Shown here: one piece after another, positions 1-8,247 of the stretch | Numbering within the stretch: the stretch's first letter is position 1 | How the letters are laid out: the number at the start of each line of letters is the position of its first letter | IMG/VR virus record: IMGVR_UViG_3300049205_000038 | Span: 1-55,936 of that record | Length of the DNA stretch: 55,936 nt | DNA from: a virus | Taxonomy: Duplodnaviria > Caudoviricetes | Strand: one strand, 5' to 3' | The notes under the pieces: generated by a model | Seen by the model: the letters and a program-made list of their open reading frames with translations, nothing else | Database searches by the model: none | What the model was told of the DNA's origin: nothing | Position numbers and translations under genes: made by a program

Positions 1-102
1 AGTGGCCGGTGGAAGAAGGCCTACCACGCTCGCAACGCCCACTGCTGGTGGATCGTAGTCCGCAAGGGGCGGTGCGAACCTAGGCCTGGACGCGCCACGT
101 GA
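1..102 (+). CDS. 3' end of a truncated hypothetical ORF
   Basis: Frame 1 is open from base 1 to TGA at 100-102 and overlaps the next GTG start (GTGA coupling), so the genome probably continues upstream. Confidence 0.4.
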   Translation, partial: SGRWKKAYHARNAHCWWIVVRKGRCEPRPGRAT

Positions 103-239
103 CCCCACCCCTCACCAAGGGCGAAGACCTCGTCGAGCGGCTTACGAAGAAGCGGCTTGTCGAGAGCTACGGCGAGAACCCACGCTTCGTTGAGGCGCGC
201 ACGCCTCCAGAGGAGACGCACCATGGGATGGTTGGGTGA
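99..239 (+). CDS. small hypothetical protein (46 aa)
   Basis: Hand-translated MTPPLTKGEDLVERLTKKRLVESYGENPRF...; GTGA overlap with the upstream ORF; below the ORF-track length cut-off. Confidence 0.45.
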   Translation: MTPPLTKGEDLVERLTKKRLVESYGENPRFVEARTPPEETHHGMVG

Positions 240-306
240 CACGCCGCTGACCGGCTTCATCATCGGCCTGATCGTCGGGATCGTGCTGATGGCGATGCTG
301 GGCTGA
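223..306 (+). CDS. small single-TM membrane peptide (27 aa)
   Basis: AGGAG RBS then MGWLGDTPLTGFIIGLIVGIVLMAMLG*; followed directly by a hairpin. Confidence 0.55.
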   Translation: MGWLGDTPLTGFIIGLIVGIVLMAMLG

Positions 307-313
307 GCCCATG

Positions 314-350
314 AAAAACCCCGCCGGGCGGCAGAGAACACCCGGCGGGG
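314..350. terminator. intrinsic terminator-like hairpin, possibly bidirectional
   Basis: Stem CCCCGCCGGG/CCCGGCGGGG with A5 on the left side (a U-tract on the - strand). Confidence 0.65.
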
Positions 351-455
351 CCATCGCGCGCCCCTCGTGGAGGGGTAGGGGGGCTGAGAGGTGCGTCGCG
401 CGACACCCCGACACCACCACGCCGCCGCGCCCCTGTCAAGCGAAGTGTCAAGCCC

Positions 456-485
456 TTTACATCTCCCAGTAAACTGTGCTATAAT
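456..485 (+). promoter_or_regulatory. sigma70-type early promoter P1
   Basis: TTTACA-18 bp-TATAAT (GCTATAAT) in an AT-rich intergenic gap. Confidence 0.75.
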
Positions 486-539
486 ACTAATACAGTCGGA
501 GTTACGCCGACGCAGCCCGTCGTGATTACTGGCAACTAC

Positions 540-559
540 CCAGTTTACCCGGCGGTAAA
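540..559 (+). repeat. 20-bp repeat copy 1 (CCAGTTTACCCGGCGGTAAA), hairpin-forming
   Basis: Identical to 2741-2760; internal inverted repeat TTTACC-CGGC-GGTAAA just upstream of an RBS. Confidence 0.9.
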
Positions 560-574
560 CCCTGGAGAGGTAAA

Positions 575-784
575 GTGTTCGATCAGCAGTCGTTTGAGAA
601 AAAAGCCAAGGAGCTTTTCGACAACCACCATCGCTACCCCACCCAGCACAGTCATGACGCCTACGTGGCGCACACCACCGAAGGTTACATGGTGGGGTTT
701 ATTATTCACGAAGCCTATGTGACATCGCTCAGCTGGGCGCGGCGTCGCCTGCAGAACAAGCCAGTGTTTGCGAGGGTGTCATGA
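575..784 (+). CDS. hypothetical early protein
   Basis: GGAGAGG RBS; ATGA overlap with the next gene. Confidence 0.7.
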   Translation: MFDQQSFEKKAKELFDNHHRYPTQHSHDAYVAHTTEGYMVGFIIHEAYVTSLSWARRRLQNKPVFARVS

Positions 785-1050
785 GCACCCATAACTCCGA
801 ACCCCCCGGCAAATACATCTGCAACATCTGCGGCGGGGCCGATATCCAACGCGACGCTGTGGTGAGCTGGGATATCACCACCCAGGCGTGGGAAGTCGAG
901 TCTGTCTACGATGCAGGCTACTGCGATACTTGCGAGGAGGAGATGAAATTCTTCAAATGGGTGGAGCTGAACCTCAGAGACCACGTGGCGGCGGTGGTCG
1001 AGGCCCGTGCGGCTACGCTGTGCCCGGTGATCCCCGAGGAGGGCGCGTGA
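781..1050 (+). CDS. zinc-ribbon hypothetical protein
   Basis: CNIC...CDTC cysteine pairs; coupled to both neighbours. Confidence 0.75.
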   Translation: MSTHNSEPPGKYICNICGGADIQRDAVVSWDITTQAWEVESVYDAGYCDTCEEEMKFFKWVELNLRDHVAAVVEARAATLCPVIPEEGA

Positions 1051-1382
1051 TGCCCTACGTGGTTAAAAGTGACTGGTTCCACCAGCCCGGCAGCTTGGCC
1101 CAAGTGCTGAACACCGTGCCGCCGGGCTACAACGACCCGTTCGAGCTCACCCACATCTACCTGGAAGACGCGCGAACGGCGCTGATCGACCACTACGACG
1201 CCACGCTGTCCGTCGTGTCCTACTTCATCCAGCCCCCGCCGCTGACCCTGGCGGTGGTCAAGGCGCAGATGCAGCAGGCGCTGCCCGGCGATCGGTTCAC
1301 CGTCCGCGGCAAAAAAGCCGGCACCAAGGGGGAGCCTGATGGTCTGTTCGTGCAGATGTGGATCGACGTCAAAAATCCGTAA
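1050..1382 (+). CDS. hypothetical protein
   Basis: Start re-called to ATG 1050 (TGATG overlap, GAGG RBS): MPYVVKSDWF... Confidence 0.7.
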   Translation: MPYVVKSDWFHQPGSLAQVLNTVPPGYNDPFELTHIYLEDARTALIDHYDATLSVVSYFIQPPPLTLAVVKAQMQQALPGDRFTVRGKKAGTKGEPDGLFVQMWIDVKNP

Positions 1383-1412
1383 CAACCCCCAACCCTCAAG
1401 AAAGGTAAGACT

Positions 1413-1946
1413 ATGTTCAGGCAACATTTCAACAGAGAAGTTCTCGACGGCGACTACATCGAGTGCATCGTCAAGCGCGGGATCAATAGATTTCGCGTGA
1501 GGGCCTGGGTCGAGCGAGACAACGACACAGGGCCCTACGAGGATAACTTCGACTGGCGCACCCTGCGCCGCAGCCACTACAAGACCGACGCCACGTTTTA
1601 CAAGCAGGTGGCGCAGAACGCCCTCGCCGAGCAAGCGTTCAAGGACGACGAGTGGTTTTACTGTGGGGTAATCCTCACGGTGTCGCTGGTCGACGAGGAG
1701 TTGGACAGCGGCCCCTACCACATGGTCGGCGGCCACGGCGACGAGCTGGTGCTGGTCTCGCGCTACGAAGTCGCCCTGTGGGGGATCGAAGCCAACTACC
1801 CGGTGTTCGACAAGCGCCGCCGGTCGAACACCCGCCTGCGCGACTTGGCCAACGAGCAGCTGGGGCAGGCGCTGGAGACCGCCGAGAAGGCCCTGGTGGC
1901 CTACGTGACCGACAAGGTGACGATGGCCTATGGGAGGGCTGCCTGA
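1413..1946 (+). CDS. hypothetical protein
   Basis: AAAGG RBS, 177 aa, phage-like codon usage. Confidence 0.8.
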   Translation: MFRQHFNREVLDGDYIECIVKRGINRFRVRAWVERDNDTGPYEDNFDWRTLRRSHYKTDATFYKQVAQNALAEQAFKDDEWFYCGVILTVSLVDEELDSGPYHMVGGHGDELVLVSRYEVALWGIEANYPVFDKRRRSNTRLRDLANEQLGQALETAEKALVAYVTDKVTMAYGRAA

Positions 1947-2371
1947 TGGCCTGGAGCCCCTACGGTCCGATGGGATCACGCCTGCCCCGCGAGCGCCAGC
2001 CGCACGAGGTGCGGGTCAGCAACGCTGAGATCCCGAACGTGGTGCGCAACCACATCGCCTTCACCAACAAGGTTGGGTCCTGCTATGGCGGCTGGGAGCC
2101 CAACGATCGGCTCTATGTGGTCTGGAGCTATGGCCCGCACTTCCCGGCCCTGGTGTACGAAAAGCGGTTGAACGAGTGGTTCATCAATGACGCCGACGCG
2201 GTCAGCCGAACGACCAATCAGCAGATGCGCGGGTTCCGCTACCAATTCCCCCAGGCGGAGCCGCGTAGCACGGACTGGCTTCAACAGCTGATCCAGAGCG
2301 GCGGCGTGAAAAACTGGGTCGCTTGCAAGCTGCTGCGCGCCACCGGACATGACTGGAGGCATGTCGCATGA
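1946..2371 (+). CDS. conserved phage hypothetical protein
   Basis: Start re-called to ATG 1946 (TGATG). The YVVWSYGPHFP...W..N....SRTT pattern is typical of small phage early proteins. Confidence 0.7.
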   Translation: MAWSPYGPMGSRLPRERQPHEVRVSNAEIPNVVRNHIAFTNKVGSCYGGWEPNDRLYVVWSYGPHFPALVYEKRLNEWFINDADAVSRTTNQQMRGFRYQFPQAEPRSTDWLQQLIQSGGVKNWVACKLLRATGHDWRHVA

Positions 2372-2649
2372 GCTACGTGATCCAGTTCACGGTCGGCATG
2401 CTCGAACCCGTCAACGACGAGTGGGTCACGGCTCGCAATCATGGCGTACTGGGGCATCTCGACGAGGCTCGCCGGCATTTGTGGCGGGAGGTGCGCGACA
2501 CCATGCAGGCGCACAAGTCGTTCAACGCCACGCCCGCCCCGCAGCTCACTCGGGAGATCCTTCAGGCGCTCTGCCTGAGCGCAGTCCCTGGCGCGGTGGT
2601 CACCGTTCACGGTATCGAGCATCGGCTCGTCGAGCTCAACACACCCTAG
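2368..2649 (+). CDS. hypothetical protein
   Basis: GGAGG RBS, ATGA overlap. Confidence 0.7.
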   Translation: MSYVIQFTVGMLEPVNDEWVTARNHGVLGHLDEARRHLWREVRDTMQAHKSFNATPAPQLTREILQALCLSAVPGAVVTVHGIEHRLVELNTP

Positions 2650-2660
2650 CGCGCTAGGGC

Positions 2661-2690
2661 TTGACAACAGTCCTGGAATTAGCGTATACT
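2661..2690 (+). promoter_or_regulatory. sigma70-type early promoter P2
   Basis: TTGACA-18 bp-TATACT. Confidence 0.8.
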
Positions 2691-2740
2691 AGTTGACAGT
2701 TGGGGATCGGCCCCGACGACCCAGCCGCCCTGGCCAGGAG

Positions 2741-2760
2741 CCAGTTTACCCGGCGGTAAA
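2741..2760 (+). repeat. 20-bp repeat copy 2 (CCAGTTTACCCGGCGGTAAA)
   Basis: Identical to 540-559, and again between a promoter and the first RBS. Confidence 0.9.
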
Positions 2761-2780
2761 TCCCTGAAAGGAACTATCCC

Positions 2781-3776
2781 ATGCGAGCTTCCGTGCTCAA
2801 GGCCACGCTCTCGTCGCTGATCGCCCTGCGCCGCCCGGTCCTGATCGAGGGATCGCCCGGCCTGGGCAAGACCCGCATCCCGCAGGATCTGGCCAAGGAC
2901 ATGGGCCTGGAGTTCATCCAGTTTCACGCCCCCACCCTGCAGCCCGAAGACATTGCGCTGCCGGCGACCAACGCCGACCGGACCAAGATTGACTTCCTGG
3001 TCAACGGCCGCTTCCCCGTGGAGGGGAGCGAGCACGCCGACGAGGGCTTGATCGTGATCGACGAGCTGCCCCAGGGCGACAACTCGATCCAGAAGACCAT
3101 GGCCAACCTGATCCAGGAGCGGGAGATCCACGGCCGCAGGCTGAAGCCCGGCTGGGCGGTGGTGGCCACGGGCAACAAGCAGTCCGACCGGGCCGGCGCG
3201 AACCGCATCCTGTCGCACCTGTCCAACCGCGTCACCCGCCTGGAGCTGGAGCCGCACCTGGACGACTGGTGCAACTGGGCGCTCTCGAACGACGTGCGGC
3301 CCGAGGTGGTGGCGTTCCTGCGCTTCAAGTCGGAGCTGCTGATGTCGTTCGACCCGAACGCCGACAGCAATCCGACGCCGCGCGCCTGGACCGAGGGTGT
3401 CTCGCCGGTGCTCGACAAGGTGCCGGGCGACGCCGAGTTCGACTGCATCAAGGGCGCGGTCGGCGAGGGCGCGGCGGCCGAGTTCGTCGGCTTCATGAAG
3501 ATCGCCCGGTCGCTGCCCAACCCGGACGTGATCCTGCTGCATCCCGACACCCATGAGGTGCCGCATGAGCCGAACGTGCTCTACGCCCTAAGTGGGGCGC
3601 TGGCGCACCGGGCCAGCGAGAACAGCATCGAGCGGGTGGTCACCTACGCCAAGCGGATGCCGCCTGAGTTCATGGTGCTGGTGATGCGCGACGCCGTCCA
3701 CAAGTGCCCGGCGATCACCAGCACCCGGGCGTTCATGGACTGGGCGGTGAAGGAAGGCTCGAAGGTCCTGCTCTAA
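2781..3776 (+). CDS. MoxR-like AAA+ ATPase
   Basis: Walker A GSPGLGKT, Walker B IVIDEL, sensor-1 ATGN, Arg finger LSNR, PTPRAW motif. Confidence 0.9.
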   Translation: MRASVLKATLSSLIALRRPVLIEGSPGLGKTRIPQDLAKDMGLEFIQFHAPTLQPEDIALPATNADRTKIDFLVNGRFPVEGSEHADEGLIVIDELPQGDNSIQKTMANLIQEREIHGRRLKPGWAVVATGNKQSDRAGANRILSHLSNRVTRLELEPHLDDWCNWALSNDVRPEVVAFLRFKSELLMSFDPNADSNPTPRAWTEGVSPVLDKVPGDAEFDCIKGAVGEGAAAEFVGFMKIARSLPNPDVILLHPDTHEVPHEPNVLYALSGALAHRASENSIERVVTYAKRMPPEFMVLVMRDAVHKCPAITSTRAFMDWAVKEGSKVLL

Positions 3777-3786
3777 CACACCCGCG

Positions 3787-3810
3787 CCCCGGACTTCGGT
3801 CCGGGGTTTA
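3787..3810 (+). terminator. intrinsic terminator-like hairpin
   Basis: CCCCGGAC-TTCG-GTCCGGGG followed by TTT, right after the ATPase stop. Confidence 0.7.
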
Positions 3811-3825
3811 CCCTGGAGTAAACTC

Positions 3826-4275
3826 ATGGAAGACACGGTCTTCCTCGAAGACCTACCCGAGGTAAGGGTGGTGATGATCATCTATCGACTGGCGCTGGGC
3901 CGGGACCCTAAGTTCCTGGTCCGCACACTGCACCAGACCAACGACGCCAAACATTTCGACAACTTGCTACAGGCATGGCGTCGCAAGCTTATCGACCCCG
4001 AGTGGCTGGCCAATACTCAGGGTAAATTCCAAGAGGCCATCGACGCACGTCAATCCCCCAGGTCCCGAGGCTTCGCCGAAGCCCGCAACATGGTTCACCA
4101 CGACAGCGTGGGAGCCGACGCAAGGAAAGGTCTACCCCATGAAAACCCTCAACGAGCGCGCCCTGCTGGTGTCTCTGAACATCTCCCAGTGGACGGCCAG
4201 AAAGTTCGACAAGCGCGCCACCGAAGGCGTGGTGTCTCGCGCCGGCTGCGTCGACAACGCCGCCCGGGTAAATAA
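3826..4275 (+). CDS. hypothetical protein
   Basis: GGAG RBS before the ATG; the last 137 nt overlap the next gene, so the C-terminus is doubtful. Confidence 0.5.
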   Translation: MEDTVFLEDLPEVRVVMIIYRLALGRDPKFLVRTLHQTNDAKHFDNLLQAWRRKLIDPEWLANTQGKFQEAIDARQSPRSRGFAEARNMVHHDSVGADARKGLPHENPQRARPAGVSEHLPVDGQKVRQARHRRRGVSRRLRRQRRPGK

Positions 4276-5002
4276 GAACCTGCTGCCCGATCAAGCGGCG
4301 CTGGACACGGTGATCAAGAAGTCCGGTGAGATCCGCGGCTGGTTCCTCGCCCGCACCCTGCCGTGGGCGCAGGAGGGCCAGCGCCTCCTCAAGTCCGACC
4401 AGTACATCCCGTTCACCGGCGACATGCGCGCCATGAAGTCGGACTGGTGGCGCTGCGTGGACGCCTTCGTCGAGGCGTACCCCGAGCTGCGGGCCCGGGC
4501 GGCGCACAGCCTGGGCAATCTGTTCAACCGCGACGACTACCCGGACCAGTACGATCTGAAGTCGAAGTTCAACATCGACGTGGTCTGCATGCCGGTCCCC
4601 GACGTGAGCGACTGGCGCATCGACGTGGGCGACGAGGAGCGCCGGCGTCTGGAGGAGGATCTGCAGGCGCGCATGGACAAGGCGGCCAAGGACGCCATGA
4701 GTTCGGCGTGGCAGCGGGTCTACGATGTGGTCGCCAGGGCGCACGAGCGGCTCGCTGACGCCAAGAACATCTTCCGGGACAGCTTGGTGGAGAACGCGGT
4801 CGAGCTCTGCGCCATCCTGCCGGGCCTGAACATCACCAACGACCCGGCGCTGGAGGCCATGCGCCGGGAGATCGAGGGCTCGCTGTGCCGGTACAATCCC
4901 GACACCCTGCGCAGCGACCCGCTGGTGCGCGAGGAGACGGCCGACAAGATGTCCGAACTGATGGCCAAGATGTCGGGGCTGTACGGTGTTGCAGCGGCGT
5001 AG
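4139..5002 (+). CDS. DUF3150-like protein (usual partner of phage AAA/vWA pairs)
   Basis: LLVSLNISQWTARKFD...NKNLL...RTLPW...YP pattern, helical composition, position between the AAA ATPase and vWA genes. Confidence 0.7.
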   Translation: MKTLNERALLVSLNISQWTARKFDKRATEGVVSRAGCVDNAARVNKNLLPDQAALDTVIKKSGEIRGWFLARTLPWAQEGQRLLKSDQYIPFTGDMRAMKSDWWRCVDAFVEAYPELRARAAHSLGNLFNRDDYPDQYDLKSKFNIDVVCMPVPDVSDWRIDVGDEERRRLEEDLQARMDKAAKDAMSSAWQRVYDVVARAHERLADAKNIFRDSLVENAVELCAILPGLNITNDPALEAMRREIEGSLCRYNPDTLRSDPLVREETADKMSELMAKMSGLYGVAAA

Positions 5003-5243
5003 CTGGACCTACGTGCCGGTGGCGCAGCGCCAACCCTGGCTGGTGGCGCTGCGCCTACTCGGTCACGACATGATGCGGTCGCCGCTCAAGCGAGGCGGCG
5101 AAGGCGCTGTGCTGTGGTGGGATGGGCTCATGGAGCCCGGCACCGACCACCCAGGGCATGCGGCGAGGTGCCGCCGCTGCAAGATGTTCTGCGTCTGGCC
5201 GCGCATCCCCAACCCCTGCGCAGGAGAGAGGAAACGTAAGTGA
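4986..5243 (+). CDS. hypothetical Cys-containing protein
   Basis: RCRRCK...PC; GTAA overlap with the next gene. Confidence 0.55.
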   Translation: MLQRRSWTYVPVAQRQPWLVALRLLGHDMMRSPLKRGGEGAVLWWDGLMEPGTDHPGHAARCRRCKMFCVWPRIPNPCAGERKRK

Positions 5244-5485
5244 AAACAGTCCGGCACGACGACGCCCGCTGGGTGGTCTATGGTTGGAAGCGAACCAGCT
5301 ACGGCCGCCAAGCGGTGCATAAAGAGGGCCTGACCAGTGAGCGCGCGGCCACCGCCTGGGCGCTCAAGCATGTGCTCACCGGCGGTGGCCAATCGGTGAT
5401 CGTCAAGCTCGACCACGGGGTGGACGCCAATGGCCAGCGCCACGTGGTCGCACGCTACGGAGAAGGAAAGGCGTGGTGGGAATGA
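5240..5485 (+). CDS. hypothetical protein
   Basis: GAGG RBS, GTG start, coupled. Confidence 0.65.
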   Translation: MKTVRHDDARWVVYGWKRTSYGRQAVHKEGLTSERAATAWALKHVLTGGGQSVIVKLDHGVDANGQRHVVARYGEGKAWWE

Positions 5486-5709
5486 CCTTCGACGACATGA
5501 GCGCCACCGAGACATACCCCATGCCCGACGAGGTGGCGGGCCTGCTCGCCACCTTCAGGCTGATGGTCAACGGCTGGCCGGCGCACCTCCTGCCGTCGTG
5601 CTTCACGCACTGGCCAAGGTCCTGGGATAGTGTCGCCGTATGGCGGGAGCGCCAGAGCATCCTGCTGCGCCAGATCAAGGGAGGGCCATACCCTTATCCT
5701 AGGGATTGA
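5482..5709 (+). CDS. hypothetical protein
   Basis: Start re-called to ATG 5482 (ATGA overlap). Confidence 0.6.
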   Translation: MTFDDMSATETYPMPDEVAGLLATFRLMVNGWPAHLLPSCFTHWPRSWDSVAVWRERQSILLRQIKGGPYPYPRD

Positions 5710-5734
5710 CCCCCTGCTAACGTAACCGTAAACT
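5706..5734 (+). promoter_or_regulatory. sigma70-type promoter
   Basis: TTGACC-17 bp-TAAACT, with GCTAAC in the spacer. Confidence 0.65.
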
Positions 5735-5764
5735 ACCTAACGCTAACTCTTGAAAGGTACGACC

Positions 5765-6919
5765 ATGACCCAACAACGCAAGAGCCAGAAAGCCCACGAG
5801 CTGATGGGCCGCGCGAAGGCGGCGCTGATCCTCGAACAGCCGTTCTTCGCCAGCCTGATCTGCTCGATGCCGCTGATCGAAGACACCAACGGCGACATAC
5901 TGCAGATCCCGACCATGGGCACCGACGGCAAGACCGTCTGGTACAATCCCGAGTTCACCGAGAAGCTGTCGCCCGACGAGGTGAAGTTCGTGCTCTGCCA
6001 TGAGGTGATGCACAGCGTCTACGCTCACATGTATCGGCGCGGCAGCCGCGACCCGCGTCGCTGGAACATGGCCGGCGACTATGTCATCAACGACATGCTG
6101 GCCGCCGAGAAGATTGGCCGGATGCCGGAAGGCGGGTTGATGAACTCGCAGCTGGTGGTGGCCGGCAACGGCACCACCGAGGGCGTCTACGACCTGCTGC
6201 CAGAGAACGCTGGCGGCGATGGCGTAGGCGGCGACAAGCAGTGGGACACCTGCATGGACGCTGGCGGGTCGGAGGCCGATCGGTCTGCGGGTGAGGCTGA
6301 GATGAAGGTCAAGGTGGCGCAGGCGGCGCAGGCGGCGAAGATGTGCGGCAACCTGAGCCAGCGCCTAGAGCAGTTCGTCGGCGACGTGCTGAAGCCGAAG
6401 ATCGACTGGCGCGATGTGCTGCGCCGGTTTATCGACCAGCGCGCCAAGGTCGAGTACACCTTCGCCCGGCCGAAGCGCCGGTGGGTGAGCGAGGATCTGT
6501 TCCTGCCCTCGCTAGGCGGCAGCAGCCTGGGCGAGGTGCTGATCGCCGTCGACCAGTCGGGCAGCGTCGGGCCCGACGAGGTGGCCGAGTTCAAGGCCGA
6601 GATCCTGGCCATCCACGGCGACTGCCGGCCCTCGAAGCTCCACGTCTACTACTTCGACAGCAAGGTGGCGCACAAAGAGACCTATGACCCGGACGATACG
6701 CCGGACATCCGGCGCTACACCACCGGGGGCACGGCGTTCTCGCCGATTTTCCGGGAGGCGGATCTGGATGACCTGGAGCTGAGCTGCTGCGTGGTGCTCA
6801 CCGACCTGTGCTGCGCCGACTTCGGCCCGGCTCCGACCTATCCGGTGCTGTGGATCACCACGAGTGCGACCCACGCCCCGTGGGGGCAGGTGGTCGAGAT
6901 GAACCAGCGGCGACCATGA
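5765..6919 (+). CDS. metallopeptidase-like (DUF2201-type) plus vWA domain protein
   Basis: TMGTDG, HExxH (LCHEVMH), WNMAGDYVIN; C-terminal MIDAS elements DQSGS, GGT, LTD. Start re-called after the AAAGG RBS. Confidence 0.9.
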   Translation: MTQQRKSQKAHELMGRAKAALILEQPFFASLICSMPLIEDTNGDILQIPTMGTDGKTVWYNPEFTEKLSPDEVKFVLCHEVMHSVYAHMYRRGSRDPRRWNMAGDYVINDMLAAEKIGRMPEGGLMNSQLVVAGNGTTEGVYDLLPENAGGDGVGGDKQWDTCMDAGGSEADRSAGEAEMKVKVAQAAQAAKMCGNLSQRLEQFVGDVLKPKIDWRDVLRRFIDQRAKVEYTFARPKRRWVSEDLFLPSLGGSSLGEVLIAVDQSGSVGPDEVAEFKAEILAIHGDCRPSKLHVYYFDSKVAHKETYDPDDTPDIRRYTTGGTAFSPIFREADLDDLELSCCVVLTDLCCADFGPAPTYPVLWITTSATHAPWGQVVEMNQRRP

Positions 6920-7164
6920 GCAACCGTCCAGCGAAGATCATCAGCTTCGATACATGCGACCGTATGACATCAGTTGATGGCCGAGTGGTGCATGCCCGGG
7001 GGTTGGTGGTGGATGACTTGGGGGGTGAGTCTATTGCCTTCCGTAACGTCAACACCACTGGGCGTATCACCCAGGCGCAGGTCGTCATGCTCGCCACCAG
7101 GGCCAACATTATTCAGCTGATCGGATACCTGTCCGACGTGCTGCTCAACATCGAAAGGACCTAA
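6916..7164 (+). CDS. hypothetical protein
   Basis: Start re-called to ATG 6916 (ATGA overlap). Confidence 0.6.
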   Translation: MSNRPAKIISFDTCDRMTSVDGRVVHARGLVVDDLGGESIAFRNVNTTGRITQAQVVMLATRANIIQLIGYLSDVLLNIERT

Positions 7165-7168
7165 GACC

Positions 7169-7690
7169 ATGGGCTGCGACATTCACATCGTTGTGGAGAT
7201 GAAGCATCCAGACACGCCGGGCAAGTGGATCGGGATCCATGCCTGCCCTACAGGTTACGCCGAGCGTTCACCCAGCGACAACTCTATAGGGTATACATGG
7301 TGGCAACTTCGAAACCGTAACTATCTGCTGTTCGGTGCGCTGACCAACGGCGCTGTTCGCGAAGCTGCGGACCCGGAGTTTCCCTATACAGAGCTTCGCG
7401 GATACCCCGACGACTGCTCAGATCTAAGTAGGTACCGCAGTGGTATCGACCATAGCCCCTCATGGCTGAAGCTGAGCGAGGCGATCCCGATTTTCGCCAA
7501 GTATCAATTCAATATGGTGGCGCGAAAAGTCCGCGGCATGAATACGTCGTGGTTTGAAAAGTACCCCATAGCCGACGCCGCGAATTGGTTTGGCTTGGAT
7601 CTCGAAGACCCGGTGGTGAGCGACCCGGCAGACATATCCTGGGAGTACAACGTCGACAACTATAGGATCGTGTTCGGGTTCGATAGTTAG
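7169..7690 (+). CDS. conserved phage hypothetical protein
   Basis: MGCDIH...RNY.LFG.L...RGYPDD...HS.SWL...RIVFGFD pattern; lower GC than neighbours. Confidence 0.8.
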   Translation: MGCDIHIVVEMKHPDTPGKWIGIHACPTGYAERSPSDNSIGYTWWQLRNRNYLLFGALTNGAVREAADPEFPYTELRGYPDDCSDLSRYRSGIDHSPSWLKLSEAIPIFAKYQFNMVARKVRGMNTSWFEKYPIADAANWFGLDLEDPVVSDPADISWEYNVDNYRIVFGFDS

Positions 7691-7764
7691 TGCACCCGGC
7701 CACGAAGGCGCTGATATACGCGCTGATTGGACCACGTCTTAACCGTTTAGAAAAGGGACCTACC

Positions 7765-8247
7765 ATGGCCACGCGTTCTACGTTCGTTGTTCAGATGGAA
7801 GACGGCACCTTCCACCGCAACTACTGCCATAGCGATGGATACCTGGAGCACAACGGAATGATGCTTCACACCCACTACAACAGCGCCGAGCGCGCTCGCG
7901 CCCTGGCGGCGATGGGCGACTGCTCGTTCCTGGACCGGCGGCTCGCGCCCGACCCCGGCGAGCGCCACGGTTTCGAGTATGGCGGCCGGGCTGTAGAGTG
8001 CTCGGTCTTCTATGGTCGGGACCGCTCCGACAGTGAAAGCACTGGCGACCGCTACGCCACCCTGGCCGAGGCGCTCCAGCATCGCGAGGAGTATGCCTAC
8101 GTCTGGAAGGACGGCCAGTGGTGGGTGGATTGCGATGGCGACGAGGATGATGGCGACGGCCGTCAGCTGCCGCCCGATCAGCTCGCGCCGCTGGCGCAGG
8201 CGTTGGTGACCGCCAAGCTGCTGGCGGCGAGAGCGGGAGCCGCCTGA
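7765..8247 (+). CDS. conserved phage hypothetical protein
   Basis: MATRS...YCHSDGY...G..L..HY...EYAYVW pattern; start re-called after the AAGGG RBS. Confidence 0.8.
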   Translation: MATRSTFVVQMEDGTFHRNYCHSDGYLEHNGMMLHTHYNSAERARALAAMGDCSFLDRRLAPDPGERHGFEYGGRAVECSVFYGRDRSDSESTGDRYATLAEALQHREEYAYVWKDGQWWVDCDGDEDDGDGRQLPPDQLAPLAQALVTAKLLAARAGAA

